A stretch of DNA of 63,549 nucleotides, the filler included, from Octopus bimaculoides (taxonomy: Eukaryota): the NCBI RefSeq assembly GCF_001194135.2. It is 8 parts of 8 records of this genome, joined end to end, with 100 filler letters (N's around TTAATTAATTAA, not from the genome) between each part and the next. Parts side by side here need not be neighbours in the genome. Positions count along the whole stretch, not along the records: positions 18,388 to 45,450 come from NC_068992.1; positions 45,551 to 47,900 come from NC_069003.1; positions 48,001 to 57,630 come from NC_069005.1; 5 more parts are not named here. One strand, given 5' to 3'. Made by a program: the position numbers and the translations under genes. How positions within the stretch are numbered: the stretch's first letter is position 1; the number at the start of each line of letters is the position of its first letter. The notes under the pieces are model-generated. The model was not told the DNA's origin. It ran no database searches and saw only the letters and a list, made by a program, of their open reading frames with translations. Positions 37,715 to 50,340 of this stretch are shown here, piece after piece.

Positions 37715-39364
37715 TATACATTCATTTCCCATTTTTGCATCCTCGATCACATTGTTTGTTTACATGTGGCGTCTCGGATACGAAACGTAGTAACAAATTC
37801 AGTGCTGACAATAATTTGCATAGAAAATCTGTAGAAATGACCTTAACACATGTCTTAAGAGCACTGTTAACATAGTAGTAGACGGTATGGATTTATAAAA
37901 TCATTTATTATACTTGTAGCATATCATGGTTGCATAACGAAATGTTGTATCCCTACACGTCGTTAAAACTTAAAAACACATGACTGCTTCTTCAAATTCT
38001 TACATAATTTGAAATACTTAATGTTTTCTGTTTCAATACGTGATTTCCATGTTCACCGATGAAAAGTTTTTTATCCTGTACTGGAACTGTAATTCATTGA
38101 GCCCCAAACATGAGTCCTGTGCTGCACTCTAAGTAAGGCGGAGTTTTTTCATAAACTTTAAGATGAATTCTGGAGAAAGTAACAGAAACACTTATGATCT
38201 TTTAATTTATATAAATTAGAAATAGAATATTCCACTCAGTGTGTTGGGTAATTTTAGTCTGACTCTACAGTGACATTGTCAGTCACGTTTCAGTTTTATT
38301 AACCCTCTTCAAAGTAGTATAGTATTTACCAATAGTGCCAGTCAACGATGATTAAAAGATCATATATTTCTATACGTTAGACTTGCTAAATTTCGTACAC
38401 AGCAATGTAGCATTTTAACATTTTTATAATTATGCGACATTTTCGATTCGTTTCAGCATTTTAGAGTTACGTCGCTTATTTCCTGCTTAGTGTTTAGAGT
38501 TGCACTTTTGTGTTATTTCTTGTGTCTTCAAATTGACCTCTACCTTGATTTTAATATTCATTTCCATTGTTTCTGTTTTTGTTTTTTGTTTTCTTTTCTG
38601 CTTCCTTCAAAAATGCTTGATTTGTTTTGTACGTAGCTACTTGCTTTAATGTTCCATTTTCACCACGAAACATGTTTCGGTATTTATAGTTTTCTAGACG
38701 CGTTACTCTTCTCCCTCCCAGTATTCGAATTAAATATAATCATTCTGTCATATATTCAATGATGTATTCTTAATGTTTTGTTTTATTTTGTCTTGTTTTT
38801 GTTTTGTTTTTTGTCTCATCTTGCGAATTCATTTAGCGTCCAGTTCAGAATAATACACCTAAAACCTAATAAAGAATTGAGTATTGATAGCTATTACTAT
38901 GTTCGTGTTTTTGCATTTAGAACTGCAATAGTTATTAATCTAATGCGTCTATAATATTCCCTCCTAAATTTCTCCTTTGTGTGTGTTGTATTCTTCTAAT
39001 TCATCGATTACTGGGTATTTGTAAATATACGTCTGGCCTAACTCTCACATATTTCTACTTTATCTAAGATTATCAAGAATGCCTTGGCTCATTTTGTGAA
39101 TCAATATATAACTTTTCTTATAAATATATGCCGTTCCATTCTTAGGCCGCTTATATTGCAGACGTAGTTTGCGCCCATGCTGTTCGAGTCATATTGATAA
39201 GGTAGTAGGTTCGGTTCTTGTACAGATGCAGCGCTGTTTCGGGGCCTGCGCTTCCTTTGATGTTGCTGTGTACCCAACTGAATAAGATATCACTCTGCTG
39301 TATCTGGCATCTCCAAATCTTTAAAATACAATATGCCATGGGTCCTTATTACCAATTCCACTTA

Positions 39365-39530
39365 CTTTTTGACTTTTTACTTGTTTTAGTCATTACACTA
39401 CGGCTTTGCTTTTTAAAGCCCGGTACTTATTCTACAGCTTCATTTTGGCTTACCGCGAATTTAAACACACTAACTCCAGTTGTCAATCGGTGGTACGAAA
39501 CAAATACAGACGCAAAGACACACACGATCA
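39365..39530 (-). mobile_element. Degenerate SINE-A tail
   Basis: TTTTACTTGTTTTAGTCATT...GGTACTTATTCTA...TGTCAATCGGTGG. Confidence 0.6.
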
Positions 39531-39584
39531 CATATACACAGGCTCACGTACATGCACACACACGCATACGCACGTGCATACATT

Positions 39585-39621
<37 letters not shown>

Positions 39622-39716
39622 TAAACCCCCAAAAGAACAAACACAAAAAATATGACAACGCGAGGACGTGGTACATGCAATGTATTAGCAGACGCTCAGG
39701 AAATAAAAGAAAGATG

Positions 39717-39752
39717 GTTTAACGTTTCAAGCAGACGCTCTTCTTCGGAAAC
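39717..39752 (-). ncRNA. Minimal hammerhead-like motif (U4>C variant) inside a short repeat (about 39620-39810)
   Basis: Minus strand: GTTT | CCGAAGA A | GAGC-GTCT-GCTT | GAAAC | GTT | AAAC. Stems I and II are complete; stem III is the palindrome AACGTT. Confidence 0.6.
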
Positions 39753-39812
39753 AGTGGAACGTCCAATAAATGGGAAGACGGAGGAAGATCTGCAACGATT
39801 CAAATGTGGTTA

Positions 39813-39928
39813 GTCTGCCAAATCCACTAACAAGGCTTTGGTCGGCCCGAGGCTATAGTAGAAGACAATTACCCAAGGTGCACGCATGTAGTTGGCAAGC
39901 AAACTTCTTACCAGCCAGCCACGCCTGC
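39813..39928 (-). mobile_element. SINE-A head and core
   Basis: CAAATCCACT..CAAGGCTTTGGTCGGCCCGAGGCTATAGTAGAAGAC...CCCAAGGTG. Confidence 0.8.
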
Positions 39929-40694
39929 TTACATTAGTATTCAGTTTTCTTTTAATACCTTAAAATTTCTACACCCAGCAAATATGTTAAATCTGAAACA
40001 TTTGTATTTCAAAATTTTCGTCCCTCACCTACATAATACGAATTCAGTTTTGCATGCAAGAGCATTCCTTATTTGCATACATTCATATTAAACCTTATTT
40101 CGTGTAATGTACTGAATTATCAGTTTATGATCATCAAAAAATATATTTTGACAATTCGTACAAATTTCATGCACGAAACATATTTTAACATATTTTTTTT
40201 CCATCGATAATTTTCTCACTCAACACGCTAAATCTGCTCTTCCTACCTTCTATTGATACGTATTTACTAAAATTAAATTTATATTTGTAGCAGTAGTCGA
40301 ATCACGTGTGTGAGATTAAAAATCCCCAAGCAGTTTATTTCTTTAAACTTATTTACACATTCTCAAAACCTCACAATATGGTGTTTATGACTTATATTAT
40401 TTTTATATCTCCTGACCAGTTTAATCCTACTAAGTGCCCGTTATTTTCCTGTCTATTATAAGCTTATGAGTAAGCGAAATGAACAACGCTTTTTTGTCCT
40501 CCGCTTTATATTAATCTAGGCTTTAAAACACCTCATTGTACTTTTTTTACAGAAATTTACCTGCATTTAACGAAACACTTCGATAGTGTCTCTCTGTCTT
40601 AGAATTGACAGCATATGTATTTTAATAAATAGCATTATTGTTCAGAGTACTAGCCTACTTCCACAATAATAGTCAATAACATCGTAAAAATATG

Positions 40695-40741
<47 letters not shown>

Positions 40742-40942
40742 CAAAACGGGACAAGAACGCAAAACATCCAGACAGTTAGGTGATACAAGAANNNNNNNNN
40801 NNNNNNNNNNNNNNNNNNNNNNNNNNNNNNNNNNNNNNNNNNNNNNNNNNNNNNNNNNNNNNNNNNNNNNNNNNNNNNNNNNNNNNNNNNNNNNNNNNNN
40901 NNNNNNNNNNNNNNNNNNNNNNNNNNNNNNNNNNNNNNNNNN

Positions 40943-40984
<42 letters not shown>

Positions 40985-43010
40985 CAAAACGGGACAAGAA
41001 CGCAAAACATCCAGACAGTTAGGTGATACAAGAAAGGGACAACAAAACATCCAGATAGACGATACAAAGAAAATAGGGACAGGTCATTCGGAGTTTTCTT
41101 TCATCAGTCGAGTTCCCGATTATCTTTGCAATTTCGGCTGGTTATACTCGATATTGCTCCAATCTGGCCAGCCTCAAGGAAAAACTAAGCTAAAAGCATT
41201 AGATTCCTTACAAGAAACACACACATATATATATGCATCCACATACACACACATATGTGTGTAAATTTATGTATATGTTTATACATATATATGCGTGCGT
41301 GTTTGTGTGTACGTGTGTGTGTGTGTGTATGTGTGTGTGTGTGTGTGTGTGCGTGCGTGCGTGTGTGTGTGCGCGCGTGTGTGTATGCTCTGTGCGCTAA
41401 TACAATACGGAATAGTGATGGCTGCTGTACCATGATGGATATGTTTAATATCCATCCTGCATGATGCTGTTGTTTGAAATTCTTTGAGAAAATAAAAACC
41501 CGTATTATAGAGATTAACATCCTGATTACCAAACCAAGAAACAAGGACATATAAAGCCCTATTTTCCTCTCTTGTTAGACGTAATTTTGTGTAAAGCCCA
41601 GCTCACATTACTTGTCGTTAATGCGCTTGTTCTTTCTCTATTTGCTTATCTCCAGATCAGCCTTGGATGAGGTGTTTTATAAAAGCACTCCTGCTTTAAA
41701 CATCTAGTCGCTTGTGCACACCATCACACAGAGACCACATTATCTAACGTGTGCTTTTTCTTAATATCACAGTAGATGATTTGAGTGAAGTCTACTAGAT
41801 TTAGTTGCAGATATATCAACGACATGGTAGTACCGTTGTTCTCTCATGAAAATAGTTCGCGACCAAGCTAATAATGACACTGACCGAATTATCAAATATA
41901 AGTTTAGTTTTAGAGCGTCATTTTCTTGTTCTGATTATATGGTGACATTATATTCGTAGATTTCTAAAGAAAATTCATTGTATGACTGCTAAATTTGGAA
42001 CTCTGATCTCGATTTAGTCTTAAATTGCTGGTATATTTATATAATTTACACAGCGATAGCTCTAATAAAATGACAAAGTAACTGTTACAAGTTGCAGCTG
42101 GTATGAAGGCAAAAGTTTAAGGCAGAAAGTCGAGGAAGCAAAATCTTTACATGCATTGACTATGTATTTACCATCTTTCACAAATGATATCTTCAATTAA
42201 TATAATTATCAGGTTTCAATAGAAAATTACAATCTTCAGTTTCGCTATTATTTTACTCTTACCTTTTTATGTTAATTTCTGTTTCAAAACTGAACGAAAA
42301 ATTCCGCCGCTAAATCAATAAATCGTATTGAAACAGCAAACTAGTGACTACAACATACTTATATGATGTCAGATGTCTGTAAAAGCCGCTGATTAACGAA
42401 ATCTAGACAGACATTACAAAAGCGAAAGGATTTTTATACGAATATAACTGGCTATAGCTCATTTTAGCATGAACTCTATTATTATGTTTAGAGCCAATAT
42501 AAAGTTACAATTACGAGAATAACATTATCAGTTTAATATGCCATCTTTTCTATGAACTTCATTCAGTATATGTCGATATTATATGCTTATAAATACGTTA
42601 TCTTACGGACTATTATTATTATATGATGCAGAGGTAATGGAATCAATCGTTTACTTTCTTCTTAAGATTCACCCCTTTTAAACGGGTGTACTTGTGATGG
42701 GAATGATGTTGCTATTTGTGAGTAAATGGCAAGATGTACATGTGGACCGTAATGTACATGGTGGAAGATTGACAACAGTCATGTGACTGACAACAGTGTA
42801 CTATAACCGGTTTGTCACTTCAATGGACATTCTGGTTTTATCTTTGTACGGAGATTTGAGGGCTGATATAACATATTAGCTTGTTGCCTGATAGCACCAA
42901 ATAGCACTTTCAAGAGTCGATTTCAGAAATCTGCGGCTCCTTGGTATTCTCGACCCCAATTCTTATTTCTTATGTTTGGTACCTATTGTATCGGTCTATC
43001 TGCAGAACTG

Positions 43011-43296
43011 TGAAAGCGCGTGGGTTAAGGGCTAAGATATTCGTAAGGTCGTGAGTCCAATTTCCGGCGATGCGTTGTGTCCTTCAGCAAGACACTTTAT
43101 TTCACGTTATTCCACTCCACTCAGCTGGGAAAAAATTAGTTGTTCCTGTATTTCAAAGGGCCATTCTGTTTCACGCTGAATGTCCTTCAGAAGTACGTTA
43201 AGGGTACACTTGACTATGGAGCGTTCAGCCACTTGCGCGTTAATTTCATGCACAGGCTGTTCTGTTGATCGGATCAACTGAAACTCTCGTTGTCGT
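43011..43296 (+). mobile_element. SINE-D with tail T1
   Basis: GCGTTGTGTCCTTCAGCAAGACACTTTATTTCACG...AGCCACTTGCGCGTTAATTTCATG...GATCGGATCAACTG. Confidence 0.85.
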
Positions 43297-43769
43297 CCAG
43301 TTATTTGCAGAATCTCTACGCAACGGAGATGTAAGAATCCGGCACCTTAAAGCAAGCGGTGTAGTGAGGCCATAAATATATATATGAACATATATATATA
43401 ATACATGCTTCTTTATCAGGAATGATGTGGAGCAAAACAACCAAGTAAAAAAAATAATTTGGAATTATTACGTAATTAATTTGAGAATTTAAAGTGTTGT
43501 TTGCATTCTTGTGGGCGACAGATATTCGATTTGTACTTTGATAGAAGCAGATCAAATATTACATTTCAATAATTTCTCAAGTTATTCAAATAAGGAATGT
43601 ATGGAAATCTCAAAGTGTATTTCTTTCTTCCGGACTAGCAGACTTCCGGAAAACGTAAAAGTAGTTTACCAGAACACGCCGAAAATTTCTATAGGAGTTG
43701 CGATAGAACGCATGCGTTATGACCACCACCACCAAGTAGCTTGTGACAAGGTTAGATATATTCTTTTCT

Positions 43770-43972
43770 ACTCTAGGCACAACGCCCGAAATTTTGAGGG
43801 AGTGGTCCAGTCGATTATATCGACCCCAGTGTGCAACTGTTACTTAATATATCGACCCCGAGAAGATGAAAAGCAAATTCGATGTCGGCGGAATTTGAAC
43901 TCAGAATGTAAAGACAGACGAAATACCGCTGAGCATTTCGCCTGGCGTGCTAGCGCTTCTGCCAGATCGCCG
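43770..43972 (-). mobile_element. SINE-C, full length
   Basis: Tail CTAGGCACAACGCCCGAAATTTTGAGGGAG through to head GCTTCTGCCAGATCGCCG. Confidence 0.9.
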
Positions 43973-44098
43973 NNNNNNNNNNNNNNNNNNNNNNNNNNNN
44001 NNNNNNNNNNNNNNNNNNNNNNNNNNNNNNNNNNNNNNNNNNNNNNNNNNNNNNNNNNNNNNNNNNNNNNNNNNNNNNNNNNNNNNNNNNNNNNNNNN

Positions 44099-44149
<51 letters not shown>

Positions 44150-45154
44150 TGCATATACATACATATATGCATAATTGGTCACTTAGTTATACCGCTAGAT
44201 ATACTAATATATCGTCATATTTATGCATTCATTGTATTTATTTATTTAGGTTAATAAACAGAAAGAGTATGAGAGTGTATGTGTGGGTGAGAGATAGAGA
44301 GAAACAGATTCGTTTATATATAAAACCAATTTCCTATATAAGATAGTTGCGTCTTAATACGACACGTCATTGTAGACGTCACTGAGTTGCTTGGTTTAGT
44401 ATTTGATGTTCATCTGAGAAGGTTTTACCGTAGATGCTTTACGGGAACAATCATAAAAGCCACGTGCGAAGAGAATGGCTGAGCAGCGAGGATATCTAAT
44501 CCAATTTATTTAAGCTGGTCTATACTCTCATGTCTAAACGTCCAAGTGTCAATTCACGAAATAATATCTGATATGAAATGAAGCAGAATTTCGAAGGAGT
44601 CACGAGAGATAGATACGAATTTCCATTGATCAGGTTATAAAATGATTCTGCTTATGCGCGTATTCAAACAGCGAACATCTCTTCGTCATTTCTCTCTTCT
44701 CTTTCTAACTTGAGTCGAAACGAAATAGCCATTGCAGTGACATGTCGTATGTGAGTGTTTGTGTGTGAGCATGTGTGTGTGTGTTTTTGCGTGTGTGCGC
44801 GCGTGTCTGTGTGTCTGTTTGTGTATTTAAATCATTTTTGTCGAGTAGAGAAACATCCTTCTGCCAATTTGATAATGCATTATTTCATATAAATGCCACT
44901 TCGGGACGGTTGATCATGTCATACCGATGGAATTGAAGGGGTGCTTAGTGGTTTTGCATCATTTACAGTATGTATCTAGAAAATAGTCAAAAACCTTAGG
45001 GAGATCTCAGGATTTTGTTATACATGACTTTGACTTCTCTCTATTTATTTAAACCTAACGTTACTCAGAAGACTAGAGAACGTAAGGGCGGACGAAATAG
45101 CGCTAAGCATTTCGCCCGGCATGAAAATAAATCTGCCAAATCTCTCTTCATCGG

Positions 45155-45275
45155 AGACGGTGTGAGAGGATGGTTAAGCAATAGTTAATTTAGATAAGAG
45201 AGGAAATAGAGAGTGAATTCCTATTACCTCTCTTATCGAAATTAACTATTGCTTAACCATCCTCTCACACCGTCT
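45155..45275. repeat. Near-perfect palindrome: 55-bp arms, 11-nt loop
   Basis: 45155-45209 versus the reverse complement of 45221-45275: 53/55 identical. Confidence 0.95.
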
Positions 45276-45607
45276 GCTGAAAACAGCTGTAAGACCTTCT
45301 ATTTATAAATGTTCTAAAATATACACAGCCTTGGTTCTTTTTACCTCATTACGAAAAGTAAATCCTTATATTCACACGCTGATATATGACCTACATTGGA
45401 CCACTTATTCGCATAATGACCGAACCCGGAGCTTAACTATGTTCCATTCTNNNNNNNNNNNNNNNNNNNNNNNNNNNNNNNNNNNNNNNNNNNNTTAATT
45501 AATTAANNNNNNNNNNNNNNNNNNNNNNNNNNNNNNNNNNNNNNNNNNNNTATATAGATAGATAGATAGATGTATATACATACACACATACATAACTAGA
45601 TATACAT

Positions 45608-45669
<62 letters not shown>

Positions 45670-45776
45670 TATAATATACACAGGATATGCGTATAAATGC
45701 TTATATATATATATGCATATTTATATATATAAATATATACACACGCATACTTACACTTATATATATGTATATATGC

Positions 45777-45816
<40 letters not shown>

Positions 45817-46017
45817 ATGAGATAAATGTAGGGATAAGGAAGTTAGATCAATATATATAGAAATTTTACTATATTAATACATGTATATGTGTATGTAAGC
45901 ATGTTTATACATGATTACATACACGCATACATGCATAGATACATGCACATGCATGAATACATACATGCATGCATGCATACATACATATATATATATCTAT
46001 GCTTTGTGTGTATGTGT

Positions 46018-46120
46018 ATGTGTGTGTGTATTTGTGTGTGCGTGTGTGTGTATTTGTGTGTGCGTGTGTGTGTATTTGTGTGTGCGTGTGTGTGTATTTG
46101 TGTGTGCGTGTGTGTGTATT
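46018..46120. repeat. 22-bp minisatellite (GTGTGTGTGTATTTGTGTGTGC), about 4.5 copies
   Basis: Direct inspection. Confidence 0.85.
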
Positions 46121-47288
46121 AGCGAGAGAGGTGGCAGAGATGTGCATACATAAACTGATATATAACTGGACAGATATCTCGGTAAATAGATATGTATATG
46201 TATGCACACACAGACACACACACATGCACGCACGCACACACACACGCATGCATTTACTTTGATAGATAGTTAAAGAAAAAAAGAAAGATAGTAAGAAGTA
46301 AAAAAAGAAAGAATAAAAGTTAAGAAACAGGACGGAGAAAGAGGAGACGAAGATGAAGCAGAAGAGCAGAAAATACGAAAAAAAAGAAAGGAACCAAAAA
46401 AATTAGTGTGGGATTTGTAAATAGCAGTATTTCACATGGGGAACAGCAGGCGACAGGGGAAAACGGTAGCGAGGCCAGACACGGCAGACATTTTGACCAA
46501 CTTATCGTCTGATTGGTTGATTCTAAGAAACATACTCGATGTAGCAATGTCTTCTGGCTTGTTATGGCATGAGTTGTTTTAGTAAAGAAACACTCTGAGA
46601 GAGTTACGTACTACATGTATGCCATCTATAGAGGCATGTGTATAGGGATGTATATGCGCATGTATATTAATAGGCATGTCTGTAAGTATGCCTGTGTGTA
46701 TGTATGTATGTATGTATGTATGTATATTTTCTGGTTTTATTCTTCAAATTTCTCACAAATGAAGGGACCGGTTTCTAATCACAAAGATCTTTCGTAGGAA
46801 TTCAGACACCATTAACTGTGATTTCGTGTTACATATGTTTGCTCTTTTCTGCTTTTAATTATTTAAATTCTTCCTTTGAAGAAGGAGCTTGTCTCTAACA
46901 AAGATACAAAGCACCATCGTTGGAATGTTTGATAACGAAAACAGCGTCACATTTCAAACCTGAGAAAAGTCTTGCATACTTTTACTGTTCCACTTACAGA
47001 TTGTATTTGTAATGTGTGAGTCAGTTGTTTGATTTCTTTTTCTGAAAAGCCAAGCTTTGGGCATTTACTTACAAAACCAACTGCACCAATTATTAATCGT
47101 ATGAATGTAAATTTTTAGTACAGATATAGAAGAAGCTGGAGGTGTCGAAGCAGTTATCTTCTTTCTCTTTGATTTACAAAGAGATAATCATATCAGCAGC
47201 ACGGTTGACCTCTATGGTGTATGTATGTATGTATGTATGTATGTATGTATGTGTGCGTGTGTGCGTGTGTGTGTGTGTGTGTGTGTGC

Positions 47289-47322
<34 letters not shown>

Positions 47323-47329
47323 GAATGAA

Positions 47330-47585
47330 TGTGAAGACGCATGGCCTGATGAAGATGGTAGTTTCAATTCCTGGACCGGGTGGCGCATTGTGTTCTTCAG
47401 CAGGAATACTTCATCTTACGTTGCTGTGCTGTCATCTCGACCCCTGGAGTGTGGCACACCGTGCACCTATTCTGGCAATGTCGATTTGATGGAGAGAGTG
47501 AGCTAATGTACAGTAGATACATCTGATCACTATAAACAGATAACTTGTGCAGGTTGTTTAGCAAGAAATTCCAGAGCCGTCTATC
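47330..47585 (+). mobile_element. SINE-D head with a third tail type (T3)
   Basis: GTGAAGACGCATGGCCT...GTTTCAATTCCTGGACCGGG...CATTGTGTTCTTCAGCAGGA; the downstream part is unrelated to T1 or T2. Confidence 0.6.
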
Positions 47586-48024
47586 TCGAACTACGAGAGA
47601 CTACCATCATATAGATATCCATAATTGCTTGTGAGCAAGTTTGGATATCATTGCATATGTGGAGGTGTGTATGAATGTCCGTCCTTACCTTCGAAACGCG
47701 GAGTAGATAAAACAGGAGACAACTGATGAAGGGAATGTTCTTTATGCTGTATGTCTCGTTTCTCTGTTTGTTTGTTTGTTTGTCTTTTTTCCGTTGTTTG
47801 AAAAAAATTCGTTTTCTATGTTTTTGTTTTTTATGTTCTCGTTTCTCATTCTGTCTCGTTTTTTTTTTATGTCCTGTACCCATATATACATGTATATATA
47901 NNNNNNNNNNNNNNNNNNNNNNNNNNNNNNNNNNNNNNNNNNNNTTAATTAATTAANNNNNNNNNNNNNNNNNNNNNNNNNNNNNNNNNNNNNNNNNNNN
48001 ATATATATATATATACATATATAT

Positions 48025-48179
48025 GACGAGCTTCTTTCAGTTTCCGTCTACCAAATCCACTCACAAGGCTTTAGGCGGCCCGAGGCTATGGCAGAAGACA
48101 CTTGCGCAAGGTGCCACGCAGTGAGAATGAACCCGGGACCATGTGGTTGGTAAGCAAGCTACTTACCACACAGCCACTC
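48025..48179 (-). mobile_element. SINE-A head and core
   Basis: CTTCTTTCAGTTTCCGTCTACCAAATCCACTCACAAGGC...ACTTACCACACAGCCAC. Confidence 0.9.
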
Positions 48180-48194
48180 ATTTTTAGTACCCAA

Positions 48195-48398
48195 GGCGGC
48201 GAGCTATTAGAATCGTTAGCACGTTGGGCAAAATGCTCAATGGCGTTTCGCCCGTATTTACGTTCTGAGTTCAAATTCTCCTGAGGTTGACTTTGCCATT
48301 CATCTTTCCGTAGTCGATAAATTAAGTACCAGTTGAGTACTAGTTAATCGACTTACTTCCTCCCCCGATCTTGCTGGCCTTGTGCAAAAATTTGAAAC
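48195..48398 (+). mobile_element. SINE-C, sense reference copy
   Basis: GGCGGCGAGCT..TAGAATCGTTAGC (A-box region), GTTCAAATTC at 48269-48278 (B-box), core GACTTTGCC.TTCATC...GTCGATAAATTAAGTACCAG, tail GGCCTTGTGCAAAAATTTGAAAC. Confidence 0.85.
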
Positions 48399-48672
48399 TA
48401 ATATTGTACACCATGTATACTTTGTTTCTTATCATTCCAATGTATGTCAACCCCCACACATTATACCCATCTTTGTATTTGTCCCCTTTATCCGTCACCC
48501 TGGGAGCAAACGAAAGAATTTATTGCTGGCTTTGTGCCAAAATTTGAAACCAATGTATTTCTAGTATTCATTTTTGCTGTACGGGGTTCGCCCATGTCCA
48601 CGGTCTTCTGTAATGTTGTTTGTAGACATTCTGAACAGTCCATCTGTTCCAGAATTATCTCTAATTAAAATG

Positions 48673-48732
<60 letters not shown>

Positions 48733-48779
48733 GAGCATATTAAACGCATGCATACACACAGAGCTATACATACATGTTT

Positions 48780-49275
48780 GAGTGTATATATCAACCAGGT
48801 CACTGTAACCCATCAGAATAAATAACGAAATCCTTCTCTTGATACTATCAAAGAAAAACAATAAAAAAGTCTTTGAGAGAACAAATAAAACTGATGCCTT
48901 TTTATCGGCGATTCTGGAATTTTCCTTGATTCTCCGAAGACCAGTCATCTACGATAACGTTGATTTGCCCTGTTTCCGTCGTATGATTGGGTCAATATGA
49001 GGGAAAGTAGAATTAAAGTACACAGAATTGAAATCTTATTAATATTTGATGTGAGAGTGTAATTCGTCTGTAGTTCTGAAGAGGTGAAGTTCATCTGTCT
49101 TTGGTGATGGAAAGATTGAAGACTTCAAAAATATTGTTTCCTTGTTTCCTTTATTGGTCTCCCTACAGAAGTCCAAACTCCAGCAAATATTTGAACCTGA
49201 TCTCTTCATGTATTCAACAATTTTAGGTACTTTTTAACCTCTTCTATGATAAATGACTGAAGGCTCGCTGTTTGG
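48780..49275 (-). pseudogene. Decayed RTE-clade LINE reverse transcriptase fragment
   Basis: With frameshifts: SSIFPSPK, NYRRITL, PHIDPIIRRKQ, GLRRIKENSRIADKKASVLFV..SK..FDSIKR...ILMGY, matching RT domains 0-2 (NYRGITL / PILRxNQ / LRRIxE / FVDFSKAFDS). Confidence 0.75.
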
Positions 49276-49444
49276 CGATTGAAAGATTAAAGACTTCGAG
49301 AAGGCTGTTGGTTTGTTTCATTTATTGGTCTCCTTACAGAAGTCTAACGTCCAACAGATTTTCGAAGCTGATCTTTTGATGTATTCAACAATTTTAGGCA
49401 CTTTTTAACCTTTTCTATAATAAATGAGCGAGGGGGCGCTGTTT
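49105..49444. repeat. Diverged tandem duplication, two units of about 171 bp
   Basis: GAAAGATT.AAGACTTC...TTTATTGGTCTCC.TACAGAAGTC...TGTATTCAACAATTTTAGG.ACTTTTTAACC...GCTGTTT occurs twice. Confidence 0.9.
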
Positions 49445-49454
49445 AGAGGTAAGG

Positions 49455-49876
49455 TTTAAGGGAGACAATTGAGGAAAACGTCCTAAATCGACCGATAGAA
49501 AGGATGTCGTCTTCTTTCAGGACAACGTTAGACACCGACTTCCTTGCAGACACAGCGAAAATTAGTACAACTTGGCTGGGATTGTCCGACAACAACCATT
49601 GTACTCACCTGATTTACACCTTCAGATTACCATTTATTTTGATCCCTACACAATTCTCTAAATAGGAAGAACTTCAATTATTTGGAAAGTTGTAAAAACC
49701 ACTTTGGCCTATTCACGACCCCCAAAAGATGCCAAATTCTGGAAGGATGGGATCAAGTATCTGCCACACAGAGGAGAAAAGGTAGTGGAACAAAATGGGA
49801 CATACGTGGTTGAATAAAGGTATGGACATATATTTGAATATTGTTTTTGGAATTTCACTGAACAAACGTTACGGAC
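49455..49876 (+). pseudogene. Mariner transposase C-terminal remnant
   Basis: KRP....RKDVVFFQDNVRH...GWD....PLYSPDL..SDYHLF*SLHNSLN.KNF...KDAKFWKDGIKYLP...EKVVEQNGTYVVE* (stop 49815-49817), with the DNARPH and YSPDLAPSDYHLF motifs of DD34D mariners. Confidence 0.9.
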
Positions 49877-50340
49877 AAGCATGCGTGTGCGCGCCCACGT
49901 GTGTGTATGATGTCTGTGTGTGCATGCGAGTGTGCATGTGTGTGTATATTATATATATGTGAATGTATGTGTGTTTATGTGTGTTTGTGTGGCTGTGTTT
50001 CGGTATAACCCTTTTGTCTATTGGCCGAGATTACTAAAACATTTATGGACGATGCTAAGCTTCATCTTTTAAAATTCTGTTGCATTTCGGTTTATTGAGT
50101 TTTCTGTTTGTGACATGAATATTTGTTTTCACGTGTGTGTATGTATGTGTGACTATGTACACGTTAGATTCATGCACTACACACGAGCCAATAAGAGCTA
50201 TTGAAGTATATGTGCATTTGCCTACAAACGCCTCTGCATTCACAGACAAACGTTCACGTGTCCTATAGAAGTGTGCATAGGTATGTGTGTGTACGTGTGT
50301 GTATGTGTATCTATAATATGTGTAAATGTGTGTATGTGTG

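Noticed and set aside
39151-39339. Possible LINE RT C-terminal fragment (IKGSAGPETALHLYK)
   Set aside because: Only a short resemblance to 'xxLLxLYK'; too weak to call.
40735-41035. Identical 60-bp sequence on both sides of a gap
   Set aside because: Perfect identity together with the same (TA)n flank across an N gap is the signature of an unmerged contig overlap.
41095-41185. Hammerhead candidate on the minus strand (GGCTGG...CCAGCC GAAAT; separate CTGATGA)
   Set aside because: The stem II-like helix and GAAA are present, but the upstream core reads CCTTGA and no NUH or stem I could be built. It may be a decayed relative but is unsupported.
47690-47745. GAAAC upstream of CTGATGA (type II hammerhead order); related copy at 53095-53145
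   Set aside because: No stem III or NUH triplet and only weak stem II pairing.
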